A stretch of DNA of 64,000 nt, taken from positions 8,933-72,932 of the forward strand of contig JAYZFG010000006.1 of NCBI GenBank assembly GCA_036336885.1. The letters are read 5' to 3'. Source of the DNA: Pseudomonadota bacterium. GTDB lineage: Bacteria; Pseudomonadota; Alphaproteobacteria; MPNO01; UBA2964. Of this stretch, positions 1-8,698 are shown piece by piece. Numbering within the stretch: position 1 is the stretch's first letter; the number at the start of each line of letters is the position of its first letter. The notes under the pieces are model-generated. The model saw only the letters and a program-made list of their open reading frames with translations, made no database searches and was not told the origin of the DNA. Both the position numbers and the translations under genes were made by a program.

Positions 1-1021
1 GCGTGTAGAAGGTATCAAACGCTCAATGTCCCTTTATAACGCAAGCGGAACGACCAGTATCTATGAGGAACATGGTTGTGCCCAAGAGCTGATTGAGGCC
101 TATCGGGCCGTCAACAAAGAAGGGGCAGCAACAGTGCGGGCGAGCCTAGTTTATAGCCCGTCCTGGCATTTTGCGAATAAAAATGGCTATGAATCAGCAT
201 TTGCTGAATGGGCAGATTGGATAGGTGGCCTTCGGGGTAATGGAGACAATTGGTTGACTGTTGCCGGTATATTTGCGGACTTTGGGGTCACACCAGACAA
301 TATGGTCCGTAATAGAGCGGCGCCCTATACGGGGTGGTCAGGTTTTAATTATGACAGTGGAATCCCAGAGCATGGAATAGCAGATTATTTACTCGCCGCT
401 TCTCGTAATGATATTCGTGTAAATGCAATCTGGATGAGTTTTTTAAAATATTTTGAAGTTGTCGACAGCATTACACCAATAGGCGAAAAACGTTGGGTCA
501 TGGGTCATCTTGACCGGGCAACAGATCAGCAGATTAAGGTTATGGCGGACCTGAACCTTGCTATGACCTCACACACTAATCGATATATTTTCAAGCACGG
601 TCATATCCTACGCGATGAACTTGGGAAAGCCCGGGAAAATGAAATCTCCCCACTGAGAAGCATAGTCGATGCGGGCATCCCAATTGCGTTGGCAACCGAT
701 AATGTCCCAACTTCATTGTGGTATCCCGTATGGCAGTCGATCTCTCGATATAATATGAACATAAATGATCAAATCGCGCCAGATCAGGCCCTCACTCGTG
801 AGCAGGCCCTCATCTGTGCGACGCGAAATGGCGCCTATCTAACCGGAGAAGAAGATACGAAAGGAACCTTAGAACCAGGAAAATTGGCGGATATGTTCGT
901 TACTAGCGCAGATCCGCTTACTTGTCCGGAGAATGACATCAAAAATATAACCGCCGAATTAACGATCATTGGAGGTGATGTCGTCCATGATACGGGAAAT
1001 TTAATCTGGTCGGAATTATGA
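1..1021 (+). CDS. Amidohydrolase family 3 (YtcJ-like) metallo-hydrolase, 5' part outside the window
   Basis: C-terminal signature 'LTREQALICATRNGAY...KGTLEPGKLAD', 'ALATDN' and 'T..GG.VV'. The frame is open to the window edge. Confidence 0.85.
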   Translation, partial: RVEGIKRSMSLYNASGTTSIYEEHGCAQELIEAYRAVNKEGAATVRASLVYSPSWHFANKNGYESAFAEWADWIGGLRGNGDNWLTVAGIFADFGVTPDNMVRNRAAPYTGWSGFNYDSGIPEHGIADYLLAASRNDIRVNAIWMSFLKYFEVVDSITPIGEKRWVMGHLDRATDQQIKVMADLNLAMTSHTNRYIFKHGHILRDELGKARENEISPLRSIVDAGIPIALATDNVPTSLWYPVWQSISRYNMNINDQIAPDQALTREQALICATRNGAYLTGEEDTKGTLEPGKLADMFVTSADPLTCPENDIKNITAELTIIGGDVVHDTGNLIWSEL

Positions 1022-2109
1022 AGCTTTCGCAACTTGATACACCAGTTTTGTTAGTCGATGAAGCGGCCTTCCTGCGTAATATGCAACGAATGCAAGACAT
1101 AGCAATGGCCGCCGGGATCGCTTACCGCCCACATGCCAAGGCTCATAAATCCGCCGAGATTGCCAAAATGCAGTTAGATGCCGGGGCGTGTGGCGTGTGC
1201 TGCGCAAAGTTGGGAGAGGCGGAAGTTTTAGTCTCTAATGAAATCAACGATATTCTTATTACAACACCAGTGATAGGCATCTCAAAGCTCACTCGTTTGA
1301 TGCAAATTACAAATAAAGCAAAAATATCAGTAGTGGTAGACAATTCCGATAACGTGGCAGAAATGGCTGCTGTTGCGCAGACTTGTGGCGTGAAACCAGA
1401 CGTCGTCATAGAAGTTGACGTCGGCCAGGGGAGATGTGGCGTTGTACCCGGAGATGCAGCTCTTGATTTGGTCCGTGAAGTCGCAGCAACAGAATGGCTA
1501 AACTTCAAAGGACTGCAAGGATACCAGGGCTCCATACAGATGCTTATACCATTTTCCGAACGAGATGCCGCAGCCCGCAGGGCCGTTGGTATACTAACTG
1601 AAACCGCAGAGATGATCCGTAAGGTTGGGATACCAGTGGATTATCTAACCGGCGGTGGCAGTGGAACCACCTTGACCGACGCCACCGCCAAAGGACTCAC
1701 GGAACTGCAACCTGGGGGCTACCTGTTTATGGATAGCCGCTATCGGGAAGTCGAATGGGATGATGGAAACCCTATACCGTTTGAACAATCTTTAACTTTG
1801 CTGGCATCGGTCATTTCATTGCCAGAACCCAACCGCTGCATCCTTGACATGGGTCTGAAGGCTATCAGCTCTGACGGTGGCCCGCCCTTGCCACAAAACT
1901 TGCCTGAAGCAAGCTTCAAATTCGCGGGAGAGGAACACAGCGAATTAAGTTTTGAGAATGGGAATTGTCCCCTTAAGCTCGGAGACAAGGTTTCATTTGT
2001 TCCAACACATTGCGACACAACCGTGAACCTCTATGATCGCATCATAGCCTTTAGTGGTGATGACGTTGTCGATGTTTGGAACATCGCCGCACGTGGGCGA
2101 GTACAATAG
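1018..2109 (+). CDS. PLP-dependent fold-III enzyme, D-threonine aldolase / DSD1 family
   Basis: 'LDTPVLLVD', 'RPHAKAHK' (PLP Lys), 'GQGRCGV', 'ELQPGGYLFMD', 'EEH' and 'HCDTTVNLYD'. ATGA overlap with the upstream gene. Confidence 0.9.
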   Translation: MKLSQLDTPVLLVDEAAFLRNMQRMQDIAMAAGIAYRPHAKAHKSAEIAKMQLDAGACGVCCAKLGEAEVLVSNEINDILITTPVIGISKLTRLMQITNKAKISVVVDNSDNVAEMAAVAQTCGVKPDVVIEVDVGQGRCGVVPGDAALDLVREVAATEWLNFKGLQGYQGSIQMLIPFSERDAAARRAVGILTETAEMIRKVGIPVDYLTGGGSGTTLTDATAKGLTELQPGGYLFMDSRYREVEWDDGNPIPFEQSLTLLASVISLPEPNRCILDMGLKAISSDGGPPLPQNLPEASFKFAGEEHSELSFENGNCPLKLGDKVSFVPTHCDTTVNLYDRIIAFSGDDVVDVWNIAARGRVQ

Positions 2110-2140
2110 AAATAAAAATTGGTTATATGGGGAGTAGTTT

Positions 2141-4219
2141 ATGACCAGTCCGGCAGCTGCGATCTTCAATGCAAAAACAATTGCGATAGTCGGTGCAACA
2201 GATAAGTCACATTGGCCACGCAATATTTTTGGAAACCTTAAAAAATCAGGCTATTCAGGAAAAGTTTTTCCTGTGAACCCGAAACGTGACGAAATATTCG
2301 GCGTCCCCTGTTATCCCGACCTAACCTCATTGCCAGAACCGGCTGAGCTAGGACTCATGATCATACCGGCACAATTTATAGAAAGTGCAGTAAGACAAGG
2401 AGCAGAATATGGACTAAAGGCTGCTGTCGTTTACGCTTCTGGTTTTGGTGACGGTGCACGAGCGGAGTCAATTGAAAGAGGTTTGAAGTTTCGTGAGGCT
2501 CTCAATGAAATTCAGGTTCCTATATGTGGGCCAAACTGTATGGGCCTCGTCGGCGTCCGCGAAAAAATTTACTGTTACCCACATGAACATGTCAGCCAAC
2601 TTGACCCTGGTCCAGTAGCGCTCATCACCCAATCAGGCGGAACCCTGAGCTACTATGCGAAAGCGGGGCAGGAACGCGGTCTAAAATTCTCATACCTAAT
2701 CTCTTCAGGCAACGAACTAAGCCTGGACCTTGCCGACTATATGAACTTCGTCATAGACGATCCGGACACCAAGCAAATTTGCCTTTTTATAGAGGGCATC
2801 CGAAAACCGGAAGCATTTATGAAGGCCGCCGAGAAGGCACTCAACCAAGGTAAACCTATTATCGCAATCAAAACCGGGAGATCTCAAAACTCTCGTGATG
2901 CCGCACAATCACACTCCGGTGCCGTTGCGGGGGACTATGCCGCCTATGAGGCGGTATGCGAACGCTATGGAATTATCACGTGTGAAACACTGGAAGAGAT
3001 GGTCGAAATGACCCTTGCCTTTCAGCAGGGACGCCTCCCCAAGGGTCCAAGTATTGCTTTCATGACGACCTCCGGCGGCACAGTGGACCTACTGCACGAT
3101 TATTGTGAACAAGAAAAAGCGGTGGTTGCTCCATTAAATTCTGATACGGTAGAAGCGATCCGACCTTTTGTTCCCGCCGATTGCCATATTCAAAATCCGA
3201 TCGATACCGGTGCACCAGTAGGCATCTCTGGCAAATCCGCGCCTGCTGAAATTTGTAAAGCCTTTGCGTCTGACCCGAATGTAGACATGGTGGCCTGGTG
3301 CAACAATATGCCTGGTTCAGCCCGTAGTTCTGGTGCACAAGACGAAGTGAAGGAATTGGTGGATTTTACCGAAAAGCCGGTAATTTCCTTTGCACGAATG
3401 CCCCACCAAATACCCGAAGGGGGGCTAAAATTCCAAGAGACCACCAACATGCCATTTCTTCAAGGGACCCGCATTGGCGTTCGGGCAATGAATGCCCTGT
3501 GGTTTTTTAGCCAAAGAAAGGGGGGCAACATTCCCAGTCTACCAAAACCAAAAGGGCAGGAGAATAACTGTAGCGCCAAGGACCTGGAAGACTCATTAAG
3601 CTCTGTAGGTCTCCAACCACCGAAATCTATGCGGGCTACCAATATCGAAGATGTGGGTGCTACCGCCTCTACTTTAGGTTTTCCTGTTGCCATCAAAATC
3701 ATTTCCCCAGAGGCTAGCCATAAGACTGAGGTTGGCGGTGTTCAACTCAACGTCACAAACCCGAAAGACGCATTTACCGCGGCCGAGAATATGATGGCCA
3801 AACTGAAGGCAATAAATAGCGATGCAAAGATCGAAGGCTTTCTTGTCCAGAAAATGGTGTCAGGAATTGAGTTTCTAGTCGGCACTCGTGAGGACGAACA
3901 ATATGGTCCAATGCTGGTTGTTGGCGCCGGCGGCGTAATGGTAGAGCTGATCAATGATGTCGCGTTACGATTGTTGCCAGTTAATGAAGACGATATCCGC
4001 AGCATGCTATCGGAATTAAAAATTTCCGAGCTTCTTAATGGGTTCCGGGGTAGTGGAGAAGCAGATAGAGATGCGTTGATTGCCGGAATCAAGGGTTTGA
4101 GCAACTTCTACTTAGATCATCGAACCTGGATAAAAGATTTAGAAATCAACCCATTAATGGTCCTACCCAAAGGGCAAGGCATTTACGCTGTAGATATTCG
4201 AATAGCCAAACGTAAATAA
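2141..4219 (+). CDS. ADP-forming acyl-CoA synthetase (acetate-CoA ligase family, fused alpha/beta)
   Basis: CoA-binding 'IAIVGA', 'GPNCMG', 'QSGG', phospho-His 'SHSGA', ATP-grasp 'HKTEVGGV' and 'LEINPL'. Confidence 0.93.
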   Translation: MTSPAAAIFNAKTIAIVGATDKSHWPRNIFGNLKKSGYSGKVFPVNPKRDEIFGVPCYPDLTSLPEPAELGLMIIPAQFIESAVRQGAEYGLKAAVVYASGFGDGARAESIERGLKFREALNEIQVPICGPNCMGLVGVREKIYCYPHEHVSQLDPGPVALITQSGGTLSYYAKAGQERGLKFSYLISSGNELSLDLADYMNFVIDDPDTKQICLFIEGIRKPEAFMKAAEKALNQGKPIIAIKTGRSQNSRDAAQSHSGAVAGDYAAYEAVCERYGIITCETLEEMVEMTLAFQQGRLPKGPSIAFMTTSGGTVDLLHDYCEQEKAVVAPLNSDTVEAIRPFVPADCHIQNPIDTGAPVGISGKSAPAEICKAFASDPNVDMVAWCNNMPGSARSSGAQDEVKELVDFTEKPVISFARMPHQIPEGGLKFQETTNMPFLQGTRIGVRAMNALWFFSQRKGGNIPSLPKPKGQENNCSAKDLEDSLSSVGLQPPKSMRATNIEDVGATASTLGFPVAIKIISPEASHKTEVGGVQLNVTNPKDAFTAAENMMAKLKAINSDAKIEGFLVQKMVSGIEFLVGTREDEQYGPMLVVGAGGVMVELINDVALRLLPVNEDDIRSMLSELKISELLNGFRGSGEADRDALIAGIKGLSNFYLDHRTWIKDLEINPLMVLPKGQGIYAVDIRIAKRK

Positions 4220-4223
4220 ACCC

Positions 4224-4255
4224 CAGCAACTGTCCGTGGCATGAGACAGTTGCTG
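4224..4255. terminator. Hairpin between convergent genes, probable intrinsic terminator
   Basis: Perfect 11-bp stem CAGCAACTGTC / GACAGTTGCTG. A T-rich run follows on the minus strand. Confidence 0.7.
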
Positions 4256-4272
4256 AGATAAGTGACTTAATC

Positions 4273-5163
4273 TTAACGCTTCTTAGCAGAATTTTTAGCT
4301 GCTTTCTTTCTGGCAGGAGATTTTTTCTTTGCCGCCTTACGTGACTTCTTAAGGGCAAAAGGCTCAAATGTGGGCTTATAACTCTTTTTATCAAGAAACT
4401 GACTAAGGCCAGTGTTATATGAATCTTGGGCATCCCCCACTTTGATAGCCTGTCCCTTTGCTGCCAGATAATCATACGATTGATCAAAATCCATCGTCCG
4501 CACCTGACGCACTGCATGCTTAGTTGCTCGGAGAACGGCTGGGCTCTTCGCCATTAATTTTTGTGCTAACTCAATGGTTTTATCGACAAGATCTTCTTTT
4601 GGAACAGCAAAATTGATAAAACCAATTTTTTCAGCTTCAACTCCATCAAAAGCTTCCCCCAAGCAACAGTAGTACAGAGCCTTGCGCGGCATGATCGTAT
4701 CGGAGACGACTTTGGAGACCAGAGCTCCCGGAAGTATTCCCCAGTTAACTTCCGAGAGAGAAAATACGGTGTCCTCTGCTGCTATCGCAAAATCAGTTGC
4801 ACAGAGTTGCATAAATGCACCCCCGACACAAAAGCCTTCAACCATTGCAATAGTAGGCTTATCGTACTTGTAAAGCCGCTCCCAACGCCAGCGATTGGCT
4901 TGCTCTGCGGCTAATTTCCGGCCAGCCGGATTTTTTTCATTTTCCCGGAAAAACTCCTTTAAATCCTGGCCAGCACTAAAATATCCCCCAGCTCCTGCTA
5001 TAACGACGACAGCAGTATCCGGGTCAGTTTCTAACTCCCTCAGCGTTTCATCCATTTCGCTGTGAAGCTGCGGGCTCATAGCATTACGTTTTTCAGGACG
5101 ATTTAACCAGACCCAACTAATTCCAGCCTTTTTTTCAACCTTTACGCACTTCATTCTCTTCAT
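4273..5163 (-). CDS. Hydroxycinnamoyl-CoA hydratase/lyase-like crotonase (HCHL/Ech/FerB/CouA family)
   Basis: 'LNRPEKRNAMSP', 'AGQDLKEFFRE', 'WRW..L..Y.KPTIAMV', 'LSEVNWGI.PG.LVSK' and 'QFLDKKSYKP' match the HCHL subfamily. Lys-rich tail. Confidence 0.88.
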   Translation of the reverse strand: MKRMKCVKVEKKAGISWVWLNRPEKRNAMSPQLHSEMDETLRELETDPDTAVVVIAGAGGYFSAGQDLKEFFRENEKNPAGRKLAAEQANRWRWERLYKYDKPTIAMVEGFCVGGAFMQLCATDFAIAAEDTVFSLSEVNWGILPGALVSKVVSDTIMPRKALYYCCLGEAFDGVEAEKIGFINFAVPKEDLVDKTIELAQKLMAKSPAVLRATKHAVRQVRTMDFDQSYDYLAAKGQAIKVGDAQDSYNTGLSQFLDKKSYKPTFEPFALKKSRKAAKKKSPARKKAAKNSAKKR

Positions 5164-5199
5164 TTACTAATCCTTTCAAGATTACCTCAAATAATAATT

Positions 5200-6357
5200 T
5201 TAGTTCCCATATTCCCTGTAAAATGCTCTCGCTATGACCATTCGCAAAATTTCTGGCGGGCCCTCAGTAATGACCATCGACCGACTATCTCTCCATAATT
5301 TTTCAATAGGTAAATCTGTAGTTAACCCCATGCCACCGTGGACTTGCATAGTCTTATCGCAAACCGCAAACGCGTGTTCGTCACCCTTTACTTTCGCCAT
5401 ATAGGATTCATAACGAATATCCTCGCCCGCATCGGCCCGCGCGGCCAAGTTATGGACAAATAGCCGCAGCATTTGAGTGTCCATCCAACTGTCTACCATC
5501 ATAAACTGAACAGCTTGTCGTTCAGACAGTTTTTTACCAAACGTTTCCCGTTGGTTCGTGTAGGACCCTGCCAATTCCATACAACGCTCCGCCACGCCAA
5601 TTCCCCTTGCTGCGTGACGAATTCTTCCAGCAGTAATCCAAGTTTGTCCGAATTTAAAGCCCTCTCCCTCTTCGCCAATAATATTGGTTACCGGTACTTT
5701 GACATCTTCCAATGCAATCTCCCATGGCCGGTCGTCCATCATCATCTGTTGATATCTAACGAGTTCTATGCCTGGAGTGTCAGCATCCACTAAAAATGTT
5801 GAAATGCCGCCACGGGACCCTTTACTCCGATCGGTTGCTGCTTGAAGCTGAAAAAAATCAGCTTTATCTGCACCTGTAATATATCTTTTATATCCGTTGA
5901 TTACATAATGGTCCCCTTCGCGCACCGCCGTGGTGCGCATTCCACCGGGGTCGCCTCCTGCATCCGGTTCAGATTGCGCAAACGTGCATTTTTTTTCACC
6001 TTTCAGAACTGGATACAAATATTTTTCTTTTTGTTCATCATTTAAGAAATAGAGGATCGGGCTAACAGCTGGCCCAAAAATACTATTTCCTCGAGTAGGG
6101 ATGGCAATAGTTCGTCCCATCTCTTCCCAAACCACGCAGCGAGCCAATAGATTCATCCCCAGGCCGCCGTACTCCTCTGGCACGTCATACATCCAAAGCC
6201 CTACTTCTTTGGCCTTTTCCTCTAATGATGCCCTGACGTCAGGCTTTAGTTGATGCCCTTCATATGCGTCACGCTCAATCGGAATAATTTCACGATCTAC
6301 AAAACGTCTGAGGGTCTCCTGTAACATTCGGAGTTCTTCAGGAAGTTGATAATCCAT
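5200..6357 (-). CDS. Acyl-CoA dehydrogenase
   Basis: 'VPEEYGGLG', 'FAQSEPDAGGD', 'INGYKRYITGA', 'RETFGKKL', 'QVHGGMG' and 'ITEGPPEI'. Confidence 0.95.
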   Translation of the reverse strand: MDYQLPEELRMLQETLRRFVDREIIPIERDAYEGHQLKPDVRASLEEKAKEVGLWMYDVPEEYGGLGMNLLARCVVWEEMGRTIAIPTRGNSIFGPAVSPILYFLNDEQKEKYLYPVLKGEKKCTFAQSEPDAGGDPGGMRTTAVREGDHYVINGYKRYITGADKADFFQLQAATDRSKGSRGGISTFLVDADTPGIELVRYQQMMMDDRPWEIALEDVKVPVTNIIGEEGEGFKFGQTWITAGRIRHAARGIGVAERCMELAGSYTNQRETFGKKLSERQAVQFMMVDSWMDTQMLRLFVHNLAARADAGEDIRYESYMAKVKGDEHAFAVCDKTMQVHGGMGLTTDLPIEKLWRDSRSMVITEGPPEILRMVIARAFYREYGN

Positions 6358-6375
6358 ATTCTTTCTCCGCCAATT

Positions 6376-8454
6376 TTATCGCCAAATAGGCCGAACATCT
6401 ACTGCACGAACGCCCTCGCCCTTAGCTCCAACAATTAATGGGTTAACCTCTAAATCTGCCAAAAATTCTCGATGAGACGCAAAGATATCAGACAGTCCAC
6501 AAATTGCTTTTACTAATGCCTCAGTATCTCGAGGCTTTGCGCCCCGGAATGCTCCAAGAATTGCTTTACCTCGCAATTCTCCAAGCATCTCTTTTGCATC
6601 TTCCTCTAAGACAGGCAGCATTCGGAATGACACATCTTGCATAGCTTCGACTAAGACCCCACCCAGTCCGACGACCATGAAAGGACCAAACTGTGGGTCC
6701 TCGCGCACTCCCAGTATTACTTCCACACCCGACACCATCTCCTGAACCAAAAATCCTTCTACGATTGCCTCGGGCTCTGCCACTTTAAGCCTCGTTTCCA
6801 TATCTATAGCAGCCGTAACTACAGCGGCGCTATCGCACAAGTTAAGGGCGACACCCCCGACTTCTGTCTTGTGACTTGCTTGCGGAGAAACAATCTTTAG
6901 AACTACCGGATAGCCCATTTTTTCCGCTTCATTTGCAGCATCCCCTGGTGTTTTGCCAAAGCCGCTAGCTGGTGGCGTTAAACCATTTTCGGTTATAAGA
7001 TCCTCAAATTTAGAACCCTCCAAATTTGTCCGTTTTCCATTAGATTTAGGTAGCGGCTTCATTCCCTTATTCATCGCCTTGGTATATTCTACGAGCCCCT
7101 TAATCGCACGGACAGCCTGAGAAAGCCCCTGGACAAAAGGCACTTTTGTTGCCCTTTGGAACTCTAAACCAGCCGGACTTACATTTTGAGATACCCTGAC
7201 ATAAGCCAAAACTGGTTTTTCCGTTGCTTCAAATACATTCGAAAAGATAGTGGCATCAGTTGTGTCATCCTCCGTAGTCGGAAGTTGCCCCTGCATTGCC
7301 ACTATATCTACGCCATCATCGGCAGCCATATGCTTACAAACGAGACTGTAATCCTGTTGCCGATATGCGATGCCCGCACCGCAATCTATTGGATTTTGAC
7401 CACTTAGGCCGGGATCAATAATTGGATCAATAAGCCCAACCGTTTCGTCAGACAGGCGGCCCATTTCCGCTCCTTCATCCGCGACATAATCAAGAAACAA
7501 CCCTTTACCACCACCGGAAAACCCTGCCATGCCAATATTAGGGCCCTTGGGCCAGCGCCGTTGATTTAAAACAAGGCAAGTCTCAATCATTTCATCCAAG
7601 GTATAGCAGCGCACCACACCATACTTTCTGCAAACTGCCTGCAACACAGAATCATCACTCGCAAGAGCACCGGTGTGGCTTTGAGCTGCTTCCTTGCCGG
7701 CGTCACTGCGTCCAACTTTGATCATAACGATAGGTTTTTTAGCCTCGAGGGCTTTTCGCGCAGCCTCGATAAATGCATCTGGTCGGCGGATACCCTCAAC
7801 CATGCAGGCTATCATTTTGGTATCCTTGTCTTCGACCAGGAAGTTTATGTAATCAGCTAAGTCGAGATTAAGCTCATTGCCACTTGACACAGCGTAAGAA
7901 AAATCAAGACCGCGTTCGGCTGCGCGCTGCAGCCAAAACATGAACGTGCCACCAGATTGAAATACTACCCCTGTGGATCCAACAGGCAGCCCTCGAATAC
8001 GCATTGCAGGATAAAAAAGTAGGTTCGCTGGAAAAGACATTGCTCCCATGCAATTTGGGCCGCAAACCACGAGCCCCGTATCTTCACATAGATCACGGAG
8101 TTTATCGGCTCTTTCTGCCCCCACATCGTCACCGCCCTCGCCAAACCGAGCAGCGTAAACAAGCGCAGCCTTCAAACCATTTTTGGCCCCGTCTGCAAGG
8201 GTTTCCGGTATAAATTCGGCTGGAATAATTGTTAGTGCGAGATCAATTGGTTCAGGTAAAGAGGAAAAATCAGGGTAGACCTTCTGCCCCCAAAGCTCAT
8301 CACGCCGAGGGTTAATAAGGTATACTTTCGCTGGAAAATTTGCGAATTCCAAATTTTTGTAAATTGCACGTGGCCATCCGCCACCACCAGTTTCAGATGC
8401 ACCAACAATTGCAACTGTCTTTGGTTGAAAAAAAGGTTTAGCTGATTGAAACAC
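6376..8454 (-). CDS. ADP-forming acyl-CoA synthetase (acetate-CoA ligase family)
   Basis: 'VAIVGAS', 'GPNCMG', 'QSGG', 'SHTGALA', 'HKTEVGGV' and 'LEVNPL'. GTG start. Confidence 0.93.
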   Translation of the reverse strand: MFQSAKPFFQPKTVAIVGASETGGGGWPRAIYKNLEFANFPAKVYLINPRRDELWGQKVYPDFSSLPEPIDLALTIIPAEFIPETLADGAKNGLKAALVYAARFGEGGDDVGAERADKLRDLCEDTGLVVCGPNCMGAMSFPANLLFYPAMRIRGLPVGSTGVVFQSGGTFMFWLQRAAERGLDFSYAVSSGNELNLDLADYINFLVEDKDTKMIACMVEGIRRPDAFIEAARKALEAKKPIVMIKVGRSDAGKEAAQSHTGALASDDSVLQAVCRKYGVVRCYTLDEMIETCLVLNQRRWPKGPNIGMAGFSGGGKGLFLDYVADEGAEMGRLSDETVGLIDPIIDPGLSGQNPIDCGAGIAYRQQDYSLVCKHMAADDGVDIVAMQGQLPTTEDDTTDATIFSNVFEATEKPVLAYVRVSQNVSPAGLEFQRATKVPFVQGLSQAVRAIKGLVEYTKAMNKGMKPLPKSNGKRTNLEGSKFEDLITENGLTPPASGFGKTPGDAANEAEKMGYPVVLKIVSPQASHKTEVGGVALNLCDSAAVVTAAIDMETRLKVAEPEAIVEGFLVQEMVSGVEVILGVREDPQFGPFMVVGLGGVLVEAMQDVSFRMLPVLEEDAKEMLGELRGKAILGAFRGAKPRDTEALVKAICGLSDIFASHREFLADLEVNPLIVGAKGEGVRAVDVRPIWR

Positions 8455-8486
8455 TACGCCTCACTTAATAAGAAGAATGTTTTTTA

Positions 8487-8523
8487 CAGTAAATTACTGA
8501 TCTTGCTTTAGGTCAACCTGACC
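8487..8523 (-). promoter_or_regulatory. Candidate promoter/operator of the leftward CoA-ligase operon
   Basis: Inverted repeats CAGTAA-A-TTACTG (8487-8499) and GGTCA-ACC-TGACC (8511-8523) overlap a minus-strand TTGACC -35-like hexamer. Confidence 0.35.
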
Positions 8524-8698
8524 GCGAGATTCTTTAGACATACTTTTGCCTAATTCCGAACTCATACTATTCCATGTCCAAGGCTTTATCTTGACAAGAG
8601 AAAAACGTTCCCGCATCGTGAATAAAAGGGTCGGATTAGTGGGCGCAGGGGAAAAGGGCCAGTGTTAAAATCATAGGCCGACGCTAGAGTGTTCAATA

